From contig JAJYWA010000002.1 of assembly GCA_021791755.1 (NCBI GenBank), positions 4,007-68,006 of the forward strand: a stretch of 64,000 nucleotides of DNA. Direction: 5' to 3'. This document shows positions 32,377-42,537 of the stretch, piece after piece. Positions within the stretch are counted from its first letter, which is position 1; each line of letters starts with the position of its first letter. A model generated the notes under the pieces. It was not told the origin of the DNA. It saw only the letters and a list, made by a program, of their open reading frames with translations, and did no database searches. This DNA comes from Actinomycetes bacterium (GTDB lineage Bacteria > Actinomycetota > Acidimicrobiia > Acidimicrobiales > JAJZXF01). The translations under genes and the position numbers were made by a program.

Positions 32377-34828
32377 CTATTTGCGCCAGCTCCAGGTCCA
32401 GTCTCTGATCGCCGGAGGATCCTCCCCTTCGGCTCGGGTGTAGGCCCGAATTCTCAGCCGCTCGTCGAACATGCGCTGGCGCAGCTCGGCCGCTCTCGAG
32501 CCGAGCCCCGGCGCCCGGTCGATGACGTCCATCACGAGGTGAAAGCGGTCGAGGTCGTTCAGCATCACCATGTCGAACGGCGTCGTGGTGGTGCCTTCCT
32601 CCTTGTACCCACGCACGTGCAGGTTCGCGTGGCAGTTGCGCCGGTACATGAGGCGGTGGACGAGCCACGGATACCCGTGGAACGCAAAGATGATCGGCCT
32701 GTCAACGGTGAAGATCGCGTCCAGCTCCGCGTCCGACAGCCCATGCGGGTGCTCGTCGCTCGGCTCCAGCCGCATCAGGTCGATCACGTTGACGAAGCGA
32801 ACCTTCACATCTGGCAGCTCGCGGCGCATGATGTCAGCCGCCGCGAGGGCCTCCAGAGTGGGAACGTCGCCGCAGCATGCGAGCACGACGTCGGGATCCC
32901 CTCCATCGTTGGATGCCCACTCCCATATCCCGAGGCCCCGGGTGCAGTGCAGGATCGCATCGTCGATCGCGAGGTAGTTTAGGGCCGGCTGCTTGCCTGC
33001 CACCACCACGTTCACGTAGTTCCGGCTGCGCAAGCAGTGGTCCATCACCGACAGCAGGCAGTTGGCATCCGGCGGCAGGTACACTCGAACCACCTGCGCC
33101 TTCTTGTTGACCACATGGTCAATAAACCCCGGATCCTGGTGCGAGAAGCCGTTGTGGTCCTGGCGCCACACGTGGGAGGTCAGCAGGTAGTTGAGCGACG
33201 CGATCGGCTGGCGCCACGAGACATCGCTGCCTGTCGTCTTCAGCCACTTCGCATGCTGATTGAACATGGAGTCGACCAGGTGAACGAAGGCTTCGTAGCA
33301 GTTGAACAGACCGTGGCGACCAGTCAGCAGGTAGCCTTCCAGCCATCCCTCGCACTGGTGCTCGGAGAGCATCTCGATCACCCGACCCGCCGGTGCGAGG
33401 TGCTCATCGGTCTCGATGCGACTTGCGTCCCACTGCCGGTCGGTGACATCGAAGACCGCCTGCAGGCGATTGGAGACCGTCTCGTCCGGGCCGAACAGTC
33501 GAAAGTTGCGCGGGTTGTTGCTGATCACGTCACGCAGGTAGGCTCCAAGGACCTTGGTGGCCTCGGAGAAGGAGCTCGCCGGGTCGCTCACCTCCACTGC
33601 ATGCTCACGAAAGTCCGGAAGCGCGAGCGGCTCCAGCAGCAGCCCGCCGTTCGCGTGGCTATTTGCGCTCATACGCCGCTCGCCCTTAGGCGCCAGCTGC
33701 GCCAGCTCGGCCCTCAGGGCGCCTCTTGCGTCGAAGAGCTCTTCAGGTCGGTAGCTGCGCAGCCAGGACTCCAACGCCGCCAGATGCTCTGGGTTGGAGC
33801 GCACCTCGGCAAGCGGGACCTGATGAGAGCGCCACGTCCCCTCGGCCGCCAAGCCGTCGACGCTCTTAGGGCCGGTCCAGCCCTTCGGGCTTCGGAGCAC
33901 GATCATCGGCCATGCAGGCCTCGTTGGCGTACCTTGCCCGGCGCTTCGGGCGTGCCTCTGGATGGATGCTATCTCCACGAGCGCCTTTTCTAGGACGGTG
34001 GACATTTGCTGGTGCATAGCGATGGGATCGTCGCCCGACACCCAGTAAACCTTATGACCATAGCCTTCTAGAAGCTTCGTGAGCTCGGCATCGCCGATAC
34101 GAGCGAGCACGGCCGGGTTCGCGATCTTGTACCCGTTCAAGTGCAGGATCGGCAGCACGGCTCCATCGGTCACCGGGTTGACGAACTTGTTCGAGTGCCA
34201 GCTCGTCGCCAGCGGACCGGTCTCGGCCTCCCCGTCGCCGACGACGCAGCACACCAGTAGCTCGGGGTTGTCGAGAGCAGCGCCGTACGCGTGCGACAGA
34301 GCGTACCCAAGCTCGCCGCCTTCATGTATCGAGCCGGGCGTCTCCGGCGCAACATGAGTAAGGTATGCCCCCTGGAAACGAGAACTGGCGGAACAGCCGC
34401 CGGAGACCGTCCAAATCGGCGGATATGTGGGGATAGACCTCACTATAGGTTCCTTCGAGGTACGCGTTAGCCACCGCCGCAGGCCCACCATGCCCAGGGC
34501 CGAACACGTAGATCGCGTCCTTCTCCCAGATGCCTTCACACAGCGCTCGGTTCATATGCGCGTAGATGAAGTTCAGCCCGGGCGTCGTGCCCCAGTGGCC
34601 AAGCAGGCGAGGCTTGACATGCTCGGGCCTCAGCGGCTCTCGGAGGAGCGGGTTGTCGAGCAGGTAGATCTGACCAACTGACAGGTAGTTGGCAGCCCTC
34701 CAATACGCGTCCAACAGCCCCAGATCCTCGTCGGAGAGCTGGCCGGGGTTCGCCTCGGATGCCAGGTCGGGATGTTCCGCCCTCTGGCTCTCGCTCACCC
34801 TCTGGCTCTCGCTCACCGCCGTGATCAT
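32377..34828 (-). pseudogene. xfp: Phosphoketolase (Xfp) interrupted by a single +1 frameshift near 34360
   Basis: The N-terminal frame (34828 to 34322) ends ...[23 protein letters not shown]. The second frame (34539 to 32377) carries ...[51 protein letters not shown]... through to the C-terminus. Deleting one T from the coding-strand ccTTact (plus-strand aa at 34360-34361) restores [14 protein letters not shown]. There are no other disruptions across about 815 codons. Confidence 0.8.
34782..34817. repeat. Perfect 18-bp tandem duplication (ctctggctctcgctcacc x2) at the 5' end of xfp, encoding SESQR(V/A) twice
   Basis: The units span 34782-34799 and 34800-34817. Confidence 0.9.
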
Positions 34829-34967
34829 AGCGAGCGCCGCCAGCTATTGCGTAGCGCTGCGACGCGACGGCGTCGCTGTCGCGGCCACGGTCTGGCGCGC
34901 TCGATGAGCCCATCGGCGCCACGGCCCGCAGGTCTCTCGTCCGTGAGAACGCGCCGAAGGTCGAGGC

Positions 34968-36308
34968 TCAACCCGAGGCCTCGAAGGCAACCGGCAGGGA
35001 GCTCGGCGAACGAAACACCATACCCTTGATGTGAGGATCCATCGTCCCGCTATTCCCTTCGCGGGGGTCGAGCCGCAGTCCTTTCAGCCTGTCTAGCAGC
35101 ACTGTCGCCGCTACGCGCATCTCCATTCTCGCCAGGTGCAGCCCCAGGCACATGTGAGCACCCGTGGCAAAGGCCAGATGTGGCTTGGCGGGTCGTTGGA
35201 TGTCGAAGTCATCCGGATCGAACCAACGTGACTCGTCATGGTTTGCCGAGCCCAGGCAGATCTCAACGGATGCGCCCTCCGGTATGCGAACGCCGGCGAC
35301 CTCGACCTCCCTGGTCGTCATGCGGGTGATGAACAGCAGCGGAGGCTCCACCCGAAGCGCCTCCTCGACCGCCGAGGCAAGCAGCCCCCTCTTGGCTTCG
35401 ACGCGCGCCAGTTGCTTCGGAGTCGATAGCAAGAGATAGAGAAGGTTGCCGGTCGAGCGATATGTGGTCTCGACACCTGCGGGAAGGAGAAGACGCAGGA
35501 ACGAGTAGATCACCTCGTCCGCCAACGTCTCACCGTCGACACCTCCTTTCACGAGATCGCTGATCACGTCTTTGCCGAGGTGTCGGCGCTTGAGCGCCAC
35601 GACCTCCGCGAAGTAGTCCCTAAGGCCCGCTGACGCCGCCATCCCACGCTCTTCGTCTGCGCCAGCGCCAATCAGCTCGACGGACCATCTTTGGAGCTCC
35701 GTCACGTCGTCATCGGGCAGTCCCAGCAGTCTCGCTATCACTCTTGTCGGGAGCTCGGAGGTGTACTGACGGACCAGCTCTGCCACACCCGCCGCCGCAA
35801 ACTGATCGACCAATGAGTTGCATACGGGCGCCACGAGCGACGGGTTCCACCGTTCGAGAGCGCTTTGGCGAAAAGCATAGGCGACCAGGTTACGATGCTT
35901 GCGATGCTCCGGATCGTCCATCCCAAGGATCGTGCGTCCCATGACCGCCCCGATAGTGCCGTCATAGATACGCGAGCTAAACGTACCTGCGTCGCGTAGC
36001 GCTGCGCTGCAGTCCTCGAACCGCAGCAATGTAAAGGTCTCATCGGGACCGAAGCCCGGCGCCGGTACTCCCATGAGGCCCCCGTGCATGACCGGTGAGG
36101 ACTTACGATGCCTGGCGAGCTCCGGGTACGGGTTCCGAACGTCTCCACCCACGTAGTCGTCAAACGCCTCGAACGGATCAGGGCCGCCGGGAACTGCAGC
36201 GGCCCGATGACCTCCTCGTGCGCCACGTGCTGCGCTCTGAGCACTCCGGTCATCGGCAATGCTCTGACCTGGCCTCAGCTCTCGGGCTCGAAGGCTCTCA
36301 TCGCTCAT
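34968..36308 (-). CDS. Cytochrome P450
   Basis: 446 aa. The heme-binding loop is FATGAHMCLGLHLA (FxxGxHxCxG). An ExxR (EEALR) and an I-helix-like LLLPAGVETT are present. Confidence 0.9.
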   Translation of the reverse strand: MSDESLRARELRPGQSIADDRSAQSAARGARGGHRAAAVPGGPDPFEAFDDYVGGDVRNPYPELARHRKSSPVMHGGLMGVPAPGFGPDETFTLLRFEDCSAALRDAGTFSSRIYDGTIGAVMGRTILGMDDPEHRKHRNLVAYAFRQSALERWNPSLVAPVCNSLVDQFAAAGVAELVRQYTSELPTRVIARLLGLPDDDVTELQRWSVELIGAGADEERGMAASAGLRDYFAEVVALKRRHLGKDVISDLVKGGVDGETLADEVIYSFLRLLLPAGVETTYRSTGNLLYLLLSTPKQLARVEAKRGLLASAVEEALRVEPPLLFITRMTTREVEVAGVRIPEGASVEICLGSANHDESRWFDPDDFDIQRPAKPHLAFATGAHMCLGLHLARMEMRVAATVLLDRLKGLRLDPREGNSGTMDPHIKGMVFRSPSSLPVAFEASG

Positions 36309-36335
36309 CGGGCGCTCCTCTGCTGCCGGGGGCGT

Positions 36336-37022
36336 TCAGCGTCCCTGAACGCCGCTGATCAGCAGCAGGTCGAGAAGCCCGCGCAAGGCCCTACCCCGGT
36401 GAGAAATAGCGTGCTTCGCCTCGGGCTCCAGCTCGGCAAAGGTAAGCCCGTGTCCACCGTCAGGGATGAACACCGGGTCGTACCCAAAACCGCCACCGCC
36501 GCGTGCGCTCGTAGCGATCACACCCTCAACCACGCCCTCGGCTGCCAACTCCCTGCCGTCGGGGAACGCTGCGAGCGCAACCGTCCTAAAACGCGCCCGG
36601 CGATCGCCGGCTCCCCTCAGCTCGGAGAGCAGCTTCGCCACGTTCTCCGCGTAGGTGGCACGTGGGCCCGCGTACCGGGACGAGAAGACGCCTGGCGCCC
36701 CACCAAGCGCAACGACCTCGAGGCCGGTGTCGTCAGCGACCGCGGCGACCAAGCCCGAGCGGTCTTCGTCCACGGAGCGGCCTGCGTCCTTGGAGCGGAG
36801 CTCGCCGAACGCATCGAGGACAGCCAGCGCCTTGATCCTCGCGTTCTCCTCGAGGGTGTCACCGGTCTCAGCCACCTCAGTGAGCGAGATCGGTCGGGCT
36901 TCGAGGTCGATCGGAGATCCTGCGAGGATAGCTGCAATCTCTGCGGCCTTATCAGGATTGGCGGTTGCGAGCACTAGGCGCAGGCGCTGCGAGCCAGAGC
37001 GTACGAGGTCCGCTACCATCAT
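36336..37022 (-). CDS. rdgB: Non-canonical purine NTP pyrophosphatase (RdgB/HAM1)
   Basis: The motifs are LVLATANPDKAAEI ... DDTGLEV.ALGGAPGVFSSRYAG ... GGFGYDPVF.P ... TFAEL...K..ISHRGRAL. It follows rph, as in the mycobacterial arrangement. Confidence 0.9.
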   Translation of the reverse strand: MMVADLVRSGSQRLRLVLATANPDKAAEIAAILAGSPIDLEARPISLTEVAETGDTLEENARIKALAVLDAFGELRSKDAGRSVDEDRSGLVAAVADDTGLEVVALGGAPGVFSSRYAGPRATYAENVAKLLSELRGAGDRRARFRTVALAAFPDGRELAAEGVVEGVIATSARGGGGFGYDPVFIPDGGHGLTFAELEPEAKHAISHRGRALRGLLDLLLISGVQGR

Positions 37023-37027
37023 CCGAG

Positions 37028-37855
37028 CTACCTCGACCGCGGCTGCGGCGGCTCTGCAAGGAGATCTCCCTGCGCCATGGAGATCTCTCCGATGCCCATC
37101 TCTGCAAGCCTTACCAGCTCATCCAGCTCCGTGCGGGAAAAAGGGGCGCCTTCTGCCGTTCCCTGCACCTCGACGAAGCGTCCCGACGACGTCATCACGA
37201 CGTTCATGTCGACCTCGGCACGCGCATCCTCGGAATAATCAAGGTCAAGCATGCACACGGCATCTACGATGCCAACCGACACGGCGGCGCATCTGTCGGA
37301 GAGCGGGCTCCGGTTCAGCCTCGCCTCCGCGATGAGCCTCGTGAAGGCATCGTGGAGTGCGAGGTAGCCGCCCGAGATGGAAGCCGTCCGCGTCCCCCCA
37401 TCGGCTTCGAGCACGTCACAGTCCACCACCACCTGCAGCTCGCCGAGCGCACTGAGATCGCAAACAGACCTGAGCGACCTCCCGATCAACCGCTGGATCT
37501 CCTGGGTCCTGCCCGACTGTCGACCCCGAACAGCCTCCCTTCCCACCCGCTCAGAAGACGACCCGGGGAGCAGGGAGTACTCAGCGGTCACCCAGCCATT
37601 ACCCGTGCCTCTTAGCCACGGAGGGACGCGATCCTCGACGGACGCCGTGCAGAGAACCTTCGTCCGTCCCATTGTCACGAGGACCGAGCCATCCGCGGAC
37701 TCGGTGAAGTCGCGGGCGAAAGAAAGGTGACGTAGCTCGTCTACGGCTCTCCCGTCCCGGCGCTCGGTCCCTCCTTTCACACCTCGGGCGTCTCGAGTCG
37801 ACCCTGCTTCCCCGCGTGCCGCGCTGACCGCCATGTCACTCACTGGTCCTTCCAC
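37028..37855 (-). CDS. rph: Ribonuclease PH
   Basis: The motifs are [15 protein letters not shown]...[21 protein letters not shown]...[17 protein letters not shown]...G...[15 protein letters not shown]. The start may be the internal MAVSA. Confidence 0.9.
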   Translation of the reverse strand: MEGPVSDMAVSAARGEAGSTRDARGVKGGTERRDGRAVDELRHLSFARDFTESADGSVLVTMGRTKVLCTASVEDRVPPWLRGTGNGWVTAEYSLLPGSSSERVGREAVRGRQSGRTQEIQRLIGRSLRSVCDLSALGELQVVVDCDVLEADGGTRTASISGGYLALHDAFTRLIAEARLNRSPLSDRCAAVSVGIVDAVCMLDLDYSEDARAEVDMNVVMTSSGRFVEVQGTAEGAPFSRTELDELVRLAEMGIGEISMAQGDLLAEPPQPRSR

Positions 37856-38027
37856 TGCTGCTGCCTGCTCCAGCGTCTTTCATCAGGTGCATCATCTCCC
37901 TCGACTCGCTTCACTCGATCAATACGTTCACACGACATTCCTGGGTCGTGACCATTATGGTCCACCACACCTGCCGCCTGTCCTGGCCTGCCTAGCGCCT
38001 CTGGCGGCCCGGTCCTGCAAGGCGCTG

Positions 38028-38774
38028 TCACACCTCGAAGGTCAGCCCGACAGCCGCCGCGACCACATCTCCTTCGAATGCCTCGCCAGCCTCGGCTGTG
38101 ACGGCTGCTTGTGAGATCGTAGGCCAGCGGTGTGACACCACCAATCTCCGCGCTCGGGCGTCACGGGCAGATCTGCCTGCCTGGCGTCCACTGAGGTGGC
38201 GTGCCGAGCCCTCGTGCTCCGCCGTGAACGTAGCCTCGCACAGAGCAAGGTGCGCTCCCTCGCCGAGCTCTGCAAGCTCCCAAGATGGACCCGTGTCCGC
38301 CGAGTAGACAAGTGAACGGCCCATCGCCTCAGCTTTGACGGCGAGGGTCTCGGGACCATGGTCGGTACGGGCAAAGCGCAGCTCGAACGGGCCAACACGC
38401 TCCTCGGAGCAGTCCGTCACGATATCCCACGCGAATGCATCTCCCCGGCAATGGTAGGTGATCTCACGCAGGCCTCTTGGAGCAAGAACACGTGCCCTTC
38501 CTCCTGTAGGCGATGTCATGCCCAGTCCGTACTGCCGAGCTACCGCAATCCCTTCCAGGTCGCTCCAGTGGTCGGGATGCTCGTGGCTCAGCACGACCGC
38601 GTCCAGCTCGTCGATTCCCACGTACCGCTGGAGGTTGGCCAGCGTCCCCGGACCCGAGTCCAGCAGAATGCATGTTCCCGCAGCCCTCAACAGGTACCCG
38701 CTGCATGCGCCGCCCGGCGCCTGATAACCGCCATCGCAGCCGAGCACCGCGACCGTGAACGCCGTCTTGCTCAC
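38028..38774 (-). CDS. MBL-fold metallo-hydrolase (equivalent position to mycobacterial Rv1339)
   Basis: The HxHxDH motif is SHEHPDHWSDL. The GTG start at 38774 forms a GTGA overlap with the murI stop. The longer ORF (to 39023) lies inside murI. Confidence 0.8.
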   Translation of the reverse strand: MSKTAFTVAVLGCDGGYQAPGGACSGYLLRAAGTCILLDSGPGTLANLQRYVGIDELDAVVLSHEHPDHWSDLEGIAVARQYGLGMTSPTGGRARVLAPRGLREITYHCRGDAFAWDIVTDCSEERVGPFELRFARTDHGPETLAVKAEAMGRSLVYSADTGPSWELAELGEGAHLALCEATFTAEHEGSARHLSGRQAGRSARDARARRLVVSHRWPTISQAAVTAEAGEAFEGDVVAAAVGLTFEV

Positions 38775-39631
38775 TCCCAGACCACCTGCACAACATTGTC
38801 CAGGTCTTGGCCGAACAGCCGGCGACCCGTCGAGCGAAACCACTCCACATCGCCTGAAGAGTAATAGACCTGCGCGCCAACGCCTGACGCGGGGGCAGAC
38901 GCACCCGAGCTCTCGAGGATCCGCTTCACCTCGAACGCGGTCTCGTCCGCCGAAGACACCAACAGCACGCTCCTGCCCATAACGTCGCCGATCGTCCTTG
39001 CGAGAAAAGGATAGTGCGTGCAAGCAAGCAGCAGGCTGTCGATCCCTTTGCCGCGCAACGGCGACAGCAGGCGCTCTGCAAGCACGTGCACTTGGTCGCT
39101 GTCGGTCTCACCGCGCTCCACGAACTCCACGAACCCAGGACACGCGGCACAGAAGAGCTTCGTCTGAGGAGACACAGTGGCACTGGCGCGCTGGTAGGCG
39201 CCAGAGCTGATCGTACCCGTCGTGCCGATCACGCCGACGCGCCCCTTGCTGGTTGCGGCGGCGACTGCCCTGACGCCAGGTTCGATGACTCCTATGACGG
39301 GCACCGGCGCCTCGGCAACGAGCTCGTCGAGCGCGGCGGCGGACGCCGTGTTGCATGCCACCACGACCATCTTTACGCCCACCTCGTCCACCAAGAACCG
39401 CGTGATCTGATGAGCGAAACCAGCCACCTCCTCGAGCGGCCGGGGGCCGTAGGGGTACCGCCCCGTGTCGCCGACATAGGCAAAGCTCTCATGGGGCAGT
39501 AGGTCGACAAGGGCCCGCAGGACGCTCAGGCCGCCGAAGCCGCTGTCGAAGACACCGATGGGTTTCGAGGCTTGATCGCTCTGTACGCCAGCTCCTATTC
39601 GCTCACCATTAGCCCCACGACCTCTAGTCAC
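38771..39631 (-). CDS. murI: Glutamate racemase
   Basis: The motifs are IGVFDSGFGGLSVLRAL...YVGDTGRYPYGPR...VVACNTASA...LACTHYPFL. I chose the GTG at 39631 because the maximal ORF (to 39724) overlaps the upstream membrane-protein gene by about 100 bp. The start is uncertain. Confidence 0.85.
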   Translation of the reverse strand: MTRGRGANGERIGAGVQSDQASKPIGVFDSGFGGLSVLRALVDLLPHESFAYVGDTGRYPYGPRPLEEVAGFAHQITRFLVDEVGVKMVVVACNTASAAALDELVAEAPVPVIGVIEPGVRAVAAATSKGRVGVIGTTGTISSGAYQRASATVSPQTKLFCAACPGFVEFVERGETDSDQVHVLAERLLSPLRGKGIDSLLLACTHYPFLARTIGDVMGRSVLLVSSADETAFEVKRILESSGASAPASGVGAQVYYSSGDVEWFRSTGRRLFGQDLDNVVQVVWE

Positions 39632-40889
39632 GAGTCGCCGCCACAGTCGAGAGACACGCGGGTGGGCGCCGTGGGCCACCTTCGCCCGCCGGCCCCGGCT
39701 CCTGCCGGACTGCGTGGAGCCCACCCCTCGTGCCGATCCGCGCTGCAGCTACGCAGACGATCAGCGCGACATAACGAACGCGCGTGCCCCACGGGAAGAC
39801 CTCACTGGCGTACCAGTGGAGGGCCTTTCTTTGAATGCGAGCAAGCGACAGGTGCAAGAACATAAATGAGTTGTAGTAATCTACGATCCCAGCTCCTGCA
39901 AGGAGCCAACAGGTCCACGCCGGCCACTCGGCCAGAAGGCCGAACACGGGGACCCACAACGTGTACTGAGGCGAGTACACCTTGCTCACCAACAAGAACG
40001 CGGCGAAGACGTACGCCGACGCCTTCATCGGGCTCTCGCCTCGCCACACACGAGCGCACAGCCAGGCTGCGACCCCACCCACCACAAGCAGGCCCATAGC
40101 ATCCGAGACCGCCACCGGAAGCGAGCTGAACCCGACAAGGGTGAGCACTGCCGCGCTGCCCTTGCGAGTCGCGTTGTAAGTGAAGAAGATCAGCCAGTTG
40201 TGCGTGCCGGCGATGGCGAAGGGCGCGTTGATAACGACACTTGTCGTGATCAATGCGACCAGAAGCGCTCGCAGCCCGCGCCAGTCCCGATCCCTCGCCA
40301 ACTCTACGACGAGGAATGGGACCGCTATGAACGGAAATAGCTTCGCGAACCCGCCAAGCGCGATCGCTACGCCGGCGAGGGCCCACCGCTTCTCGCGAAC
40401 GAACCACCACCCGATGACCATGAAGAAGATCCCCAACAGGTCCCAGTTGAGCAACACGTAAAAAAGCCAGAGCGGCGACAACGACAGCACATGGTAAGTG
40501 CGCGGGCAAAGCCCCTTCATGACCCGGAGCATGATGATCCCGATGACGAGAAAGCTGACTGCGGTCGCCAGGAAGTAGCCACCCACCCCTGGGAACAGCG
40601 AAGCCATCCACATGAACACGCCCGTCACGACGGGGTACTCGATCGGCGCGTGCACGTACGGGAGCGGATGCCCGTAGAGATGGTGCTCACGGTAGAGCGC
40701 CAGCACGTCCGAGTAGGCGAGATGATAGTAGGCCCAGGCGTGATAGCCGGCCACGAGCCTCCCCGACGCGCTGACCACTCCCGACGGCCACAGGCGCAGG
40801 AACGCGACGATCGTCCAAAAGCTGAAGACCAGCGCCGAGATGTAGAAGTGGTCGGCTACCCACGCGTTCAGTTGACGTGCCCGTGACAT
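39624..40889 (-). CDS. Polytopic membrane protein, probable GT-C fold glycosyltransferase (DUF2029/GT87-like)
   Basis: 421 aa with at least 10 hydrophobic helices. The first loop, YSDVLALYREHHLYGHPLPYVHAPIEYPVVTG, resembles the D/E-containing loop of GT87/DUF2029 mannosyltransferases. This was judged by eye only. Confidence 0.55.
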   Translation of the reverse strand: MSRARQLNAWVADHFYISALVFSFWTIVAFLRLWPSGVVSASGRLVAGYHAWAYYHLAYSDVLALYREHHLYGHPLPYVHAPIEYPVVTGVFMWMASLFPGVGGYFLATAVSFLVIGIIMLRVMKGLCPRTYHVLSLSPLWLFYVLLNWDLLGIFFMVIGWWFVREKRWALAGVAIALGGFAKLFPFIAVPFLVVELARDRDWRGLRALLVALITTSVVINAPFAIAGTHNWLIFFTYNATRKGSAAVLTLVGFSSLPVAVSDAMGLLVVGGVAAWLCARVWRGESPMKASAYVFAAFLLVSKVYSPQYTLWVPVFGLLAEWPAWTCWLLAGAGIVDYYNSFMFLHLSLARIQRKALHWYASEVFPWGTRVRYVALIVCVAAARIGTRGGLHAVRQEPGPAGEGGPRRPPACLSTVAATRD

Positions 40890-41036
40890 CTAAGCTCCTC
40901 GTCGCGTCCGGGCGATCAGGCCCACCCGGCCATCACGCGCGGCGCTGGCCGGCTTCGCCGCTGACATCTGCACTGAAGCGTATTGGCACAGGCGTCTCCA
41001 GCTCCATTCGAGCACGCGCCACGCCTATCCCCTCGC

Positions 41037-42440
41037 TCACGACGCTCCGCCAGCGAGCAACTGCGGCCATAGCCAGGCGCCTATCCACTCGCCGAACTGA
41101 GCTGCCTGCGCCGCGGTGTCGGGGTCGGCCAGCGTGGGTTGGTAAAGGTTGTAGAATGGAAAGTGCTCGCCATCGGGCGCGCGCACCGTCATGCCACCGA
41201 TCGATGCCGCGAAATTACCTCCCGGATCAACCTTTGCGTTGAGGTTGACAACGGACACCTCGCTGCCGAGATCCGAGGGCATCTGATCGACGATCGCGTT
41301 CCAGGCATCAACCCGTGAGCTCGAGGACTCTGGCGCCGGAACGAGGGGGCCAGGATCTGGCTGATCGAAGTACGGGCACGTGAGCAGCACCACGTGTGCG
41401 CCCTTCGAGTGCAGGATCCCTACCGCAGTCAGGAGCTGGTGTCGCAGGTACGAAGCAAAGCCAGGCTGCGTTATGTTCGCCCAGCTGCCATTGCGCCAAC
41501 GGTCCGCTATCTCCCAGTAGCCGACGAGAAGGACGGCTACCTGGGGCGCATACGCATCAACCTCAGCAGCCCAGAGCTGCTCCCACTGGGTCGCCGAAGT
41601 CCCGTTGCAGTAAGGCGAGATCTGTGCGATCTCGTACCCGTTTGCGATCACCGGCTCACCCTGGGCAATCCCACAGCCGAGAATGCCTTTGTCGAAGTAG
41701 CTCACGCCATGGGGCACGCCGGCTGTCGCGAGGTCTATCCCGAGTGTCGACGAGATCGAGTCGCCAACCTGGAGCACCGACGGGCTCGCAGAGCCGTAGT
41801 AGGAGGCCGCACCGAACTCGAGCACCTGGCCAAGAGAGTCCGCCATCCAGTAGCCGCCGCCCGCCGGAACCGGGTTGATCCCGATCATCCGGCCCGTGAG
41901 ATGCAGCCCGGATGCAGAGCCATAGAACTGCGCTGCGCCGAAGCTGAAGATGCCGCCGTCCGAGGCAACGAGCCAGTAGCCGTTGCCTCCGGCAGATGCC
42001 GCCATGCCTACGATCGGGGCGTCAAGAGGCCTCCCGCCCATCGAGCCGTAGAACTGCGCTGCGCCGAAGCTGAAGATGCCGCCGTCCGAGGCAACGAGCC
42101 AGTAGCCGTTGCCTCCGGCAGATGCCGCCATGCCTACTGCAGGAGCAGCCAGCACGAGAGCCCTGGCCGATGGTTGCAGCAGCGCTGGGCGACCTCGGTA
42201 CGGCTCCTGCGCCGTCGCTCGAGCAGCGCTGCCACCCGGCAACGGAGAACCTACGCCGGGCGACCAGCCACCCGCGTTGCTCGAAGGAGGAGCCGCTGCG
42301 GTCGCGATCGGCGCCTCGAGGGCGACCACACCGGCCGCTAGGAGAAGCACCGGGACAACGAGCGCCACCCGTGCGAAAGCAGGTGATCGGCTGCGCAATG
42401 CTCGTCTCGGGCGAATAGGGCCCGCGAGAGTTGCATCCAT
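41037..42440 (-). CDS. Secreted protein: signal/anchor, three GYWLVASDGG-type repeats, then an SGNH/GDSL hydrolase-like domain
   Basis: The ATG at 42440 gives MDATLAGPIRPRRALRSRSPAFARVALVVPVLLLAAGVVALEA.... The repeats read GNGYWLVASDGGIFSFGAAQFYGSMGGRPLDAPIVGMAASAG (twice) and GGGYWMADSLGQVLEFGAASYYGS. Block I is VLQVGDSISSTLG, and later LLVGYWE and PDGEHF follow. The maximal ORF (to 42599) overlaps miaA. Confidence 0.7.
   Translation of the reverse strand: MDATLAGPIRPRRALRSRSPAFARVALVVPVLLLAAGVVALEAPIATAAAPPSSNAGGWSPGVGSPLPGGSAARATAQEPYRGRPALLQPSARALVLAAPAVGMAASAGGNGYWLVASDGGIFSFGAAQFYGSMGGRPLDAPIVGMAASAGGNGYWLVASDGGIFSFGAAQFYGSASGLHLTGRMIGINPVPAGGGYWMADSLGQVLEFGAASYYGSASPSVLQVGDSISSTLGIDLATAGVPHGVSYFDKGILGCGIAQGEPVIANGYEIAQISPYCNGTSATQWEQLWAAEVDAYAPQVAVLLVGYWEIADRWRNGSWANITQPGFASYLRHQLLTAVGILHSKGAHVVLLTCPYFDQPDPGPLVPAPESSSSRVDAWNAIVDQMPSDLGSEVSVVNLNAKVDPGGNFAASIGGMTVRAPDGEHFPFYNLYQPTLADPDTAAQAAQFGEWIGAWLWPQLLAGGAS
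41923..42137. repeat. 126-bp tandem repeat with an 89-nt identical core, inside the SGNH-repeat gene
   Basis: The string tagaactgcgctgcgccgaagctgaagatgccgccgtccgaggcaacgagccagtagccgttgcctccggcagatgccgccatgcctac occurs at 41923-42011 and 42049-42137. Confidence 0.9.
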
Positions 42441-42537
42441 GCCAATCACGGCTCCAAGCGTATTGCGTGACGACACCGTCCGTCGTTCACGCCCCGCTCC
42501 CTGGTCGTGTGCGCCGGCAGCCGCTTCCAAGCGAGGC

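Noticed and set aside
36108-36977. A 289-aa plus-strand ORF
   Set aside because: It lies antisense to the P450 5' end and to most of rdgB, both of which have clear motifs. It has shadow-frame composition.
38775-39023. An 83-codon N-terminal extension of the MBL hydrolase ORF
   Set aside because: It lies entirely within the murI coding sequence in another frame. The GTG at 38774 forms a GTGA stop-start junction with murI and matches the usual MBL N-terminus (…AFTVAVLGC…).
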